64,000 nt of DNA, taken from assembly GCA_040954595.2 (NCBI GenBank), contig CM082589.2:1094009-1158008 (forward strand). The letters run 5' to 3'. The translations under genes and the position numbers were made by a program. Origin of the DNA: Balanoglossus misakiensis. Lineage: Eukaryota > Animalia > Hemichordata. Below are positions 53,131-64,000 of the stretch, in pieces; the stretch's first letter is position 1; each line of letters starts with the position of its first letter. Under the pieces are notes generated by a model. It made no database searches and was not told where the DNA came from. It saw only the letters and a list, made by a program, of their open reading frames with translations.

Positions 53131-53744
53131 ACATTAAATTTTATCAGACAGGTCACAGCGGGACATCTCTATGGAAATATGTAACTTTACTTACTTGTAT
53201 GTCTCTATATAAGGTTGACGTTAATTTATGTTGTGTATTAAAACAAATGATTGAGTATAAATGGCAGAAAGAGGGGATGATTGGTGAAAAAAGAGGTTTT
53301 TATTAGCCTACAACTCGTGTTGTGTGCATTATCATAGTGCATATAGGTGTCCTGTATTCTTATTAGTATGATCATTGGGGTAAGTAACGTGCACTATTAC
53401 TATATCGCCAATAAACATGCACCTTTGCAAGATGATCGTGTCACAGCTCCACTGAAATAGATGTACGTGTGACGTGACCTGGAGCGGAGTCATAGTAACG
53501 ACGGCGTATGTATATAGTAAAATCGACACGACTGTGACGGGGTCCAAAAACTAAAGGCTGCATTAAAACCAGCTTGATTCCATTTTTATTACATACAATT
53601 TAACATGATTGATCTGTATCTTCATTTCTTTCTATATTAAAAGTTCAAACTTGGTAGTACAGTGCAATATTTTGGGGACTATTTGATATAAATATGTAAG
53701 TATACAATTACGTCTGATGTGTAATGTGTACCACTGTAAACAAT

Positions 53745-56054
53745 ATGGCGGACAGTGTGAAACCTCTGGGTACAGACTATCAGAGAATTACAAGCCGCCC
53801 ATCAGGTAGAATTCATAAAGGTAATGACCGTTTCGTATTTCCAGTCATAAAATGAAATATTCCTATATGTGGAAATGTTACTCTAGAGGCAATCGTGGTG
53901 CGGGAGACCAGCAGAAACTGTTATGTCGCGTCATCAATTACTGGGAAAAGTTGATATCGACAGGTGTTTATATTATGATACATACACATACATGTATTTC
54001 ATGTTGACGTCCGATGTGATATGGGAATAAGTCATCTAGACGAGATTTTATTCGTGTTATCAAAATTAGATTACTTGGGCAGGGCGATCGGAAGGTGTTG
54101 TATAGCACTACGGCCTACCACACGACACATTTTGAGTTGCACCCCCCCCCCCCCTTGAGGTTTATTCTATAGTTCTATAATCAATGTCTATTTTATCTCC
54201 AGGCCATGGAATAACAGCTGCATCATCATCAATACCAAGCAAATATCAAACCATTGTCATTGATAATTCAGAAAAGAAAGGCTTTCACTCAAGATCGAGA
54301 CGATTTCAGGATGATGCTAATCAGACAGAAAATCCAGGTCCAGGAACGTATGGAAACTGGGAATCGGTCGTACATATTAATAGTTCATCACTTTCCAAAA
54401 AAGGCATGGGTGTAGGTTTTGTATCAAAGGTATGTACATGTATCTGCTTATAAACTTACATACAAACTATTTGTTTTGTCTGTTTTGTGACCATACTGGT
54501 AGTCCTTGACTCTAGGCCAACCAAAACCAAACCTTGGCTAACCAGATATGATCACAATGACAAACCACTCTGGTTGTTTATCTGCTTACAGGCTTCAAGA
54601 TCAAAGCGATACAGAGGAACCGCTGGTCCAGGTCCAGCTAAATACGCACTTCCAAGTGTTTTACAAAGTAAAAGCGATTTCAACAAAGGCACAGCCACTA
54701 GTAGTTTTGCCATCCCTATAGCAACCAATGTGAGAGATTCCAAGCAAAAACAACCAGCTCCAAATACATACAACGTAAGTCAGATGCTGTGATTGGTTAC
54801 TTAGCCATGAGGGTAACAGTATACAGCTGTCTCCCTGAGGTGACAGAAGATAACCCAAATGGGTCGTTCTGTGGGTTTTTTAATAATTAGCATGCTATGA
54901 TTATTTGTTCATTCATTCATACAATCCATTACAAAATAATGCAATACAATACAAAATAATACATTTACAGGTTTCAAGAAATTTTGTAGAAAAACACTAT
55001 GGAAGCCAAGTCCAAGCGTCATTTAAATCAACTTCCAAGCGTGGTGATTTGAAAACTACTAAGGATAACTTCCCAGCACCAAGTAAGTTGATACGTAACA
55101 ATGCACAATACTGATTTCCTAGTGAGTTTAAGGAGAATGTGTATGTTTTATAAACACACTTTCATCATTTTACAGGTCAATATAATGTTAATGATAGGCT
55201 GACAAAAGACTCCCCAAGAGTACCTTGCAGTAGTTTTAAATCAAAAACAATTAGGAAAATGGCGGCATCACCAATATCGGTAAGCTGAATTCTAAATACT
55301 CATCTTGTGTATCATTTCAATTAGCCTGTTTTCAACACTAGAGGGCAGTAGCCTTTGTGTAACGTGGTTGATGTATTGACTGACTAATATATATGTGTTT
55401 TATTGCCCTAGAACCCAGGTCCAGGACACTACAAACCACATGAACCAGTTATAGATCCCCTCAACAAACAGATATTACCGTAAGTACATATTTAGTACTA
55501 CTGTATCTACAATGAACAATAAATAACCAAGTTGGTGACACCAGTGAAAATGCTACACCCACTGACAGCGTCCTCAGTGGTGAAAGTGAAAATCAGAGAG
55601 GGCTAGCTCATAAATGACATAATTTTCTGTTTATCTGCAGACGTAAACATTATCTGTGTATATCAGCCCCTGCAATGCCTTTGCCACCACCGTTACCAGA
55701 ACCAGGACCTGGTAGTTATGATGTAGTGGATTACCAGGGACCATCAAAGCATTACATGTCGGGATCGGTGTTTGTCTCCAATACAAGCAGATGGACGGGT
55801 GATGTGAGAAATCTTGAGAACCCAGGCCCCGGTAAGTCATGATGATGCAATGGAGTTGTTGAGAAATATTATAGGTGCCCAAAAAATCTGTGTAAGGTCA
55901 ATTTTCTTCGCTTTTTCTCAGTCAGTTAAAGCCATAATAAATCCACACTTTCTAAAAAAATATGTTCTCCTTTTTTTTTACAGCTACATATAGGCCAGAG
56001 GATTTAAATAGGAAACAGTCTTTCTACTACAATGCTCAGAACAGATGGATTTGA
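53745..56054 (+). CDS. STPG1: Sperm-tail PG-rich repeat protein 1 (STPG1/C1orf201/MAPO2-like), multi-exon
   Basis: Exons start at 53745, 54203, ~54592, ~54971, ~55176, ~55412, ~55641 and 55984. They encode SSIPSKYQTIVIDNSEKKGF, several PGPG.Y/PAP..YNV (SHIPPO-type) repeats, KHYLCISAPAMPLP and a terminal SFYYNAQNRWI*. Confidence 0.88.
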
Positions 56055-56527
56055 GCGACACATCTCCGGATCACAATAGACATTTATGTTTCCATGGTAA
56101 CCAGTGAAGGTCACCCTGCCCCTTGAGCATGTTCTTCCGAACTCAGTTTCCGAGAAACGTGACGTGTGTAGAAACAGTTACAAAATCATCATCAAAGGAT
56201 CGTTTTCACACTCTTGAGTCAAATATAGATTTCGACCCTGACATGTCTACAACAGATGTAGAGTTTCTGGAGTGAAAGTGTACTTTTTGTAAAAAAAACT
56301 CAATACAGACAGTTACTTTTCATCATAAATACTGCTTTATTTCTGTAAACTTGATCATGTACATATTGTATATAACTGTGATATTTGATACAGTGTCTTA
56401 GAATTTCAAATTTTTATAACTATAAAGAATAACCTGTATAATAAATCATGTTTGTAAAACTATAAAATATTGTCCTTACTTTATTGTCACAAGCAGTAGG
56501 ATTTTTCATCGCCCAATGTTCCATGAC

Positions 56528-57061
56528 CACAGTCCCTCAAGAAAGACGGTCGGGGAAACTCTTGGGGGGGGGGGGGGTTTAGGGTAAATCAAACCGACCG
56601 ATTTCTGCACACAAGTATAATAGAACGTTCATTTTCTATATAGTTGCCTAATACCTTATATATTGGAGTTAACATACATAGCTTTTGGTAATTTTTATCG
56701 AGAGAAAAAAACATCGAAAAAAAGGGTCAAAAATAAAGCGGTCCCAGAACTCAGAAGCGCCCTCAAAATGTGTATGCCCACAATCCACAGTTGAAAATTA
56801 CAATGCCCGTGAGTGCTTTAAGAAGCGATTTGATACGCAAAATGTGCACTTCCCTTGTCTTTAAAAACATGTCGAATACTTGAAACATAACTAACATATC
56901 GGGAAAATCATCGTAGATAGGAGAGCGACTGTCGCTTGCTTCTCAAGGAAAAGCGCAACTCTAAGATGGTCACGTGACCATAATGCGCATCCTACAGCTA
57001 ATCCTCTCGTTCACACGTCCGAACATCGGCGATTCCCGACCGTCTTTCTTGAGGAACTGTG
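56528..57061. mobile_element. Non-autonomous DNA transposon (MITE-like, 534 bp) with ~27-bp terminal inverted repeats starting CACAGT
   Basis: The left end reads CACAGTCCCTCAAGAAAGACGGTCGGG and the reverse complement of the right end reads CACAGTTCCTCAAGAAAGACGGTCGGG (1 mismatch). There is no ORF and no clear target-site duplication. Confidence 0.7.
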
Positions 57062-58638
57062 CTTCGACAAGCACATGCAATCCATTTTTATAACTATTTC
57101 TTTTCACTCATGCAATTCGTTATTAATTCGCACCGAGACGATTCATATAACTCACTTTACCCGGTTCCAAAGCAAAATGAAGTAACATTTCTAGGAGTAT
57201 AATATATTTTCCTTCGTCCTTATATAAAAGCCAGAAAAGCGTGTAAATTTTAAGTACGGTGACGGGAGGGATCTGGTGCAACAAAACTACATTTCGTAAG
57301 TAACTTGCTCGGAGATATGTGATATTACTTCAGCTATACGTGATAAACTGGACGTACCTGCTTGAAACTAGACAAAATGCAGTAATCCGGAACCATACAA
57401 TCTCTTTAAAATTACTATTAACAATGTCCCATTACAGGATTTTAGCAAGCCGCCAAGTTTCGTTTTTCGCCATGCATTACAGCAAAACTTTGACGTCAAT
57501 AATTTAACATGCGGGTTTACTATCGCAGACCAAAAACTGAAAGTATTTTTTCGTGTAAATTATGTAACGCAAAATATTTATTTGGCACTATTCACCTTTT
57601 ATAAGCTACATATTGTGATATATTTAATTTTTTTATTATTTTGAATATTATTCTGACGTCGTGATTTGTGTCTAAACGTCTTTTACTGAGAAGCACAGAC
57701 AAAAATATTCTCCTTCGCTTCTCGTAAAATTCCCCCTCAACTGTTGTGAAAGAGGGAGAAACTGATTTACAATGTCTATCATCAATTCTTTGTACAAATA
57801 TCAACACCCTTTAAGATTAAGACCGCTTAAAGTTTGTTTGCTACACGATTACCCAGAATTCGTAGCACGGTCATTTTGTGCGCCTATCGTCTACTTCTCC
57901 ACACTACAAAATATTCTGGTTCATAAATGTGATTTACAAAATAAATACATTTAAAATTAAACGTAATTCTATAAATATATTTTCAATTCTGCTTCTGTTC
58001 GGTTTCCACCTGCATATTACACGTATTAAGTACCTGACGCTAAGTTTTTTTGGTGGTGAATATTTAAGTAGTATATATTTTGAGTATCGGCCAACTCTGT
58101 CTCATTCCCTACAGCCCCGGGGCCCAGCTCACAATCAAAATGTCAAGATACATTAACATTCTATTTTCTCACAGATTCATCGGTTATGCGATTCGCGTGA
58201 AAACACGGCATCGATTTCGTTGTACTTTCCACCTCAACATGTAAACAGGTGGTTGCATCCAAACAACGTACTACCATCATGCAACGAAAGTAACATACAA
58301 CCCTATTATGTCGATTTTAGAATCGGTTGATATGAAATATGGCGTCTTTCTAAAATTCCAATTTGCCATATATTGCCCCCGGATATTAGTTACCATGGTT
58401 TACTGAAGACATTACATATTAATATTGGTCTATATCTCCGTGTTGTGTTTGTATCGCAGGCTGTTGAACGTACGAACGACGCGTGCGCAAGTCCTAATCT
58501 CATACTGTATCATGATACCTTTTCCTGTGAAATGACTGATGAATGGAAGTACAGCTTCGGTTAATGTCGTCGCACATAGTATATTTTGTAATATTTTACA
58601 TTTGTTCGAATTGTTTCCAATGTCGCCTTCGATTTCGG

Positions 58639-59424
58639 TCATCCTTGTATGTTCACAATCGGATCCTTTCCAACAACGACGGCATCTTCTGTCGTCCGCT
58701 TTGGTTGGACGCTTTTCACTTGAGAAGTGCACGGGACCGGGTCTTCTTGTCCAATTGCAGTGGTCGTACCATAAGACATGTACGGGTATGGGTCCGAGAC
58801 TTGGACCTTGAAGCTGTCTCTATCGTCTTCGTCAGTTAGAAAGGCAGGAATCAGTAGAGCGATCGCCAGAACAAAACCTCCAACGCAAAGTATAATCAAA
58901 CCAGCTAATTTAGCAACGTCAAGACGATAATTGAATGTGACCGCTCTTTCATCGATCAGAACTTTATCATTCTCATAGCCGATGATTTCTTTACGTTGAG
59001 GAACCAAGTAACCAACTAGTAAGGCAAGGGCTCCTAAAATAAGAAGATTTATGCCGACCCAAATTGCAGCTTTCCACCAAAATGCAGGGCATCGTCGGCG
59101 TTGTGGAGGAATCAGAAATTGATAGTCTTCTCGAAATACATCTTCATTATCTTTGAAATTCGGATCATCTTCATAAAACTGGTGCAGGTAAGACTTCACA
59201 CCAAAATCAGAAGATACTGACGTTTCTGTCGTATCACTTTCGGTCAGTGACGGGTGCCAGTTACTTTCGGAGACACTTTCCAAAGCCGGTCTTTTGGTCA
59301 AGCGCCCCCTATCGCGTCGTCGTTTTGGGTGAGGATTTCGACGAATTTCGGGAGGTTTGCCGTTGTCAGACTCTCCAGAGCTGCTTCTCAGAATCCCCCG
59401 GGGCTGTACAGCTTCGCCTTCCAT
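58639..59424 (-). CDS. NRSN1: Neurensin family protein (261 aa, single coding exon, two transmembrane helices)
   Basis: The ORF has the neurensin signature FGVKSYLHQFYED, then WWK..IWVGINLLILGALALLVGYLVP, IDERAVTFNYRLD and a second hydrophobic helix. A splice acceptor at ~59461 implies an upstream UTR exon. Co-orthology to NRSN1/NRSN2 is not resolved. Confidence 0.9.
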   Translation of the reverse strand: MEGEAVQPRGILRSSSGESDNGKPPEIRRNPHPKRRRDRGRLTKRPALESVSESNWHPSLTESDTTETSVSSDFGVKSYLHQFYEDDPNFKDNEDVFREDYQFLIPPQRRRCPAFWWKAAIWVGINLLILGALALLVGYLVPQRKEIIGYENDKVLIDERAVTFNYRLDVAKLAGLIILCVGGFVLAIALLIPAFLTDEDDRDSFKVQVSDPYPYMSYGTTTAIGQEDPVPCTSQVKSVQPKRTTEDAVVVGKDPIVNIQG

Positions 59425-62400
59425 GACTTTTAACGTGTGGTCGTTTAGATTTCAACCAACCTGGAAAAATAGAAGCAGAACACAAAACATTATATACGCG
59501 TACATGTACTTCCATCCGATGCTCCGGGTCCCCAAGACTGATCAAAATGATCAATCGGCCACCCATCAACTTTTAAAGGGGCATATGTTATACACATCTG
59601 ACCCTCTCCTTGCTTGCAGTTCCGTGAAATGCCTACGTGGACTAATATGGGCCTTTAAGCCTATGTACGGTTAAAGAAACTGGTGAGCTAATGTGTACAC
59701 GGATTTATACTTCAGATAAAAAGCTGTTTGACTCACGCGAAAAAAAAAAAAAAAATCTGAGTCATTGGAATCACTGCAGCTGACGGACTGCACGTTCGTC
59801 ACCGGAAAGCGTGGGCAGCTGTATTGAATTCGGAGCTTGCTCTAGCCTACGAGTAATTTCTGTTTGTGGACGTACAAAAACAGCCGATCAAATGTCAAAA
59901 TTGCAAAAATTTAGTGGAACGAAAATTAAATAATCATGAACAGCTGCAAGACCTGATTTTTGGGGGGATCGATGCAGCTCAACAGTTGTGAAGATTAAAA
60001 GAGGAGAGAGAGGAATAACATATGTGCTCAGGTGACGTCAGATATGCATAATAATCATCTGAAAGTGTTTCAGATAATATTGGGGGTTGCATGCTTGTTC
60101 AATGAATCTCAAGGTTGATGAAGTCGATTGAACGCGTAGGCAGACACACACTCAAAACTCTGGAAGGGTCAACGGTTTCCTTGATTGTGTGAATTTACAA
60201 AATGCAATTTACAGTTCAAGTAGTGGTTTCCATCCGCATGTTTTTCAGCATCATGACGTCATGTGTGTTTTGAAACTAGCATGTTTATGAAACGTAAAGA
60301 TCTTTCTGCGATATGGCATCTCCAATCTATGGCGTTATTAACGATGATTTGCGCAAGTATCACAAATGCATATATACGCCCGGTTATTTAAATCCAATTA
60401 CAGCCAAAGAGTATAATTTTTTTCTCAATATTTTCCCACTGCGACATATACTTGACTGCTGAGTGCGCGTGGTATATTTTTAAATTGATCACAAGTGGTA
60501 AGTCCGCCTCCGGGTGAAGTATTTCGAACAATAATTCCTCTCTATCCTGGGATTAGAAAAAACAGACCGCGTGATGTTCGTGTAGAAAAACAGGAAGTAT
60601 CGATTAAATTTGGATGAGACACCTACAGTACAGGCGATGAAAACAGGTACGAAAAACGCGTAAACAATAATAAAAGTCAAAAGCAAATATAAACCAATAA
60701 AACAAAACGATGAATTTAATTGTGGGAACACGTTCATGAAAATAAAATATTTTATAGACATTATAAATTGCCTGGACGCCTGTTTTATTTTGATTCCAGG
60801 CGTTTTAAAACCAAAAAATATTTAAATCTGCAACGTCAGCAGGCTTTATGAATTATTCATGTATCGGATGAACATGCGATTTGATTCATTTATACACGCC
60901 AGTGTAAACGTTTCTATTGTACCATGTGGCAGCGCAATCTGCGGTCGATTCTTTCTGTGCGCGATTAATCCTGTATGCTATACATCCGTCTAAGCAACAG
61001 AAGCAATGAGAATATTCTGCAAATCAATTAACCAAATTAACGGCCAATATTCCAATTTACTAAAGGGAGAAAAAATGAGAAATTATACTCGATTGTCATC
61101 TCCACGCATATACCACTCGGTTAAGAAAATATCGTATGTTAGATAGTAAAAGCAATCGTGACCCTTTAATAGTTGAATATAAGCAAATACAGTCAGCCAT
61201 ATTGTGCTTTCCCGGGTCAAGCGTTTGCATCGGATGATGTCGTAAATATGTTTTATTTTATGCCTAAAAATGGAACATTTACCGATTGCATGTCTTTTGC
61301 ATCGTGCATATGAAATTATATCAAATTATGAGTAGACTGACAAGGTCACGTACGTACAACTGCTTATAATGACAAGCGCACTTAATGAGAGTGGCATAAA
61401 ATCCCACATCGTCAGCTCATGCTTATCGTTGCTAGTGCGATGTGAATATTGAAGAAGCTTACCTTTTCGCTCGACAGAAGCAGATCAGGAACTCCGAAAT
61501 CGACTGCAAAGGGAAGAAAAAAAGTGTCCGTAGAGTACGCCAATTAATACTGCTCGCTTTCCTCGCCAGGTACGCGCTCTACACAATCTGCATCACCAAA
61601 CATCCAGTCGCCTGTTCAGCTTCATCAAGATGGCCACTCAACTTTTATATCTAGTTTAACGGACAATGAATCGGGAAATAGCAAGCGGAAATTGTGTGAT
61701 CGACGTCACAGTTGTAGCTCCAATCGTAAAACGGCAATACGGAATGCTTGAAGTCGATGTTCCGAATTTATTTTCCCGGTGATGAAAGTTCCGCGTCTTT
61801 CAAAATAGCCAAGTGTTGTTCAGAATCTTAACCATAAAAAAGCTTCGGATATATTATTATGTACTTTCTTTTGTATCAATTCGAGCTTTTATTGTCTGCC
61901 ATTTGTTACTATCGTAACAGCAGATCGCATGTGGAATATTAAAAGGCCCGGCCATTCAATATTCGGTCCACAAGAAAAATAAGATTTAATCATAACCTTT
62001 TTAGTTTGAGTATACCCTATGTTCGACAAAAATACTCCCAGAACCTAGAAAACATTTAGAACTAACTTTTCATTTGAAGGATTAAATTTTTAAGTGCAGG
62101 ATATTGATTATAAAATTAAATTTCGTACTTTGGATCATTTAAAATCGACAAATTCGCGGCGGGCGAAGTCAGGGTCCTGTCGGGCCAATACGCCCAGCCT
62201 AGCCGCGTATCAGTGGCTGGGGGCGCTGTCTCTCCAGGTCAAAGGTTACCAATAGAGAATGGCCTCCAAAACGGGGAATCTGTGATCGGCGTCGCCGACT
62301 ACATTTATTATCAAGCGACAGCGGTTTATCAACGATCGTACACCTGCTGAAGCTACGAGAGATAAAGTGACTGTTATTGTCTTTGACAAGACGGTTCGCG

Positions 62401-63294
62401 ATGCCAGGTAAGTGTACATTTGTGTCTTTGAGACCCGATAACATATCTGTGACCGAGATAACATTTTCAGTCTTCCTCGGGTGAAACCTCCCATTTTCCG
62501 ACTATTACTCATCTCATCAGGGACAAGACAGTCAATGTAGCGGAGGGTCTATATTTGGTCGTTTTGTTGACCTGTTTATATATTGTAATCCAAAAACTCG
62601 CTTCAGAGTAACGCCCATGGTATTTCAGTAAAGCTTGCGATATCGACCCCATTATCGTAGCTCAGCTGATCCGGAAGCAATCGTGAAATGAACAGCCGCC
62701 CATCCCTGACTCTAAAAATTTATTTTGTATGCCGCAGACATGTAAATAAATTGGTTGGAGGCGGTGATTTCATCGGCTTCTCCTTTACAGTAAAATCAAG
62801 TGACGAAGCGAAGTTGTTTTACTTTATTTATACAGCATTGGATATTTATCTGATTTTGTCCTTCTGCGTTTCAGTTCAGTGCTTTTTATGCACACACGTC
62901 ACACATCACGTGTAGGGCATGACTTTTCTTTACATACAACAGCTATTTTCTCCACCGATGTGCCGTATGATGCTATTTTCGCCGTCTTGAAATTCTGTAA
63001 ACAATCTTGAGTTTACTACATTGCCATAGCAACAAAATGGCCTCCAGTTGTTTTGTATGTTTGTTTATAATGTGTTCGCTTTCTACAGATCTTTCACAAC
63101 AAAACTTACTTCTTATTTCGTTGTTTCATTGACTTGATTTTATTTCAGTTTCATGTATTTTCTTCTGTTTTTCTGTAATCATCAAACTATGCTGAATCTT
63201 TGCTTTCCACTTTCACTGTCACTATGGTAACGCCTACGGTAAACATACCGAATGCACTGTTTGCACTGGAGATTTCACTGCATGAGCATGCAAA

Positions 63295-63356
63295 TATTAA
63301 ATTGTTTATTTATTTATTCATTTATATTTAATATTGTTTATTTATTTATTTATTTA
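63295..63356. repeat. (ATTT)n microsatellite / AT-rich short duplication
   Basis: ATTGTTTATTTATTTATT occurs twice among ATTT runs. Confidence 0.75.
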
Positions 63357-64000
63357 AAATTACCTTTTGACTTATTATTGTTTAATCCGTAAATTTTAAA
63401 TAAAATAGTCCTTGATGAAAATAGACAAAAACAATGGTGAATGTATAATCTCTAAAGTATTTTCCTATTTTGAGGTCAGTTGTGCTTATTGCATACTCAG
63501 ACCTTCAAACTGATAAGGTTGGCAACCAATAGTTGGAGTTTGTACCCATTCAAAATCAGACCTTGATCTTTCATAGCAAGTAACATACTAAACACATCCA
63601 CTAAATGTTACAAATACCAGACTAAGCCCCTTCCAGTTTCAACTTATATGTATAGCTGCAGTGGTTTGATTCAAAGATGTCTCATTTGGAAAAGGAAATG
63701 GCAATATTTAGAAAAGGTCAAAATGTCAGAATAATTATTTGGACCATAGACCCTGGAGCATTGTGTGGGGTAAAGAATGCACCTTAACATTTATGGTGTG
63801 TGTGCTTTGGCATTGCGTTTAACATTAACATGGTGTGGGGCAGGGGCAGACATTACATTTTGAACTCTTACCTGGTGTTGGGTAGACAATGCATCTTTAA
63901 CACTTACCTGGTTGGTGTTGGGCAAACATTTCTCCTTTAACATCCGCACTTTGCTGTTATCACCTATCACCTTGCTCTCTGCGTCTTCTCTATTTTCTTT

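Noticed and set aside
31122-62915. Many short ORFs antisense to, or inside introns of, the called genes
   Set aside because: They are shadows of real exons or chance ORFs with no recognisable motifs.
63865-63925. CTTACCTGG repeats resembling the 5' end of U1 snRNA
   Set aside because: The match is only ~9-11 nt within a degenerate short tandem repeat, with no U1 body or Sm site.

Overview
This is eukaryotic (animal, probably marine invertebrate) genomic DNA in two parts. Bases 1-~26,790 are an array of ~308 near-identical 87-bp satellite monomers that flips orientation at ~9,890 with no spacer, forming a giant inverted repeat. The array contains local 9-, 15- and 19-monomer duplications and decays at its right edge. 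All long 29-aa-periodic ORFs there are artefacts of the repeat. The rest is compact, intron-containing gene space: POFUT1 (+), RIOK1 (-), TMTC2 (+), MAPK15/ERK7 (-), STPG1 (+), a TIR-bounded MITE and neurensin (-). The most notable observation is in POFUT1: the active-site exon 2 (the G-R-x-x-N-Q motif) is present as two diverged tandem copies with intact splice sites and identical phases, only 37 nt apart. This is the architecture of mutually exclusive exons and would give alternative catalytic pockets. Gene names come from recognising protein motifs by eye, and exon models are manual and have no transcript support.
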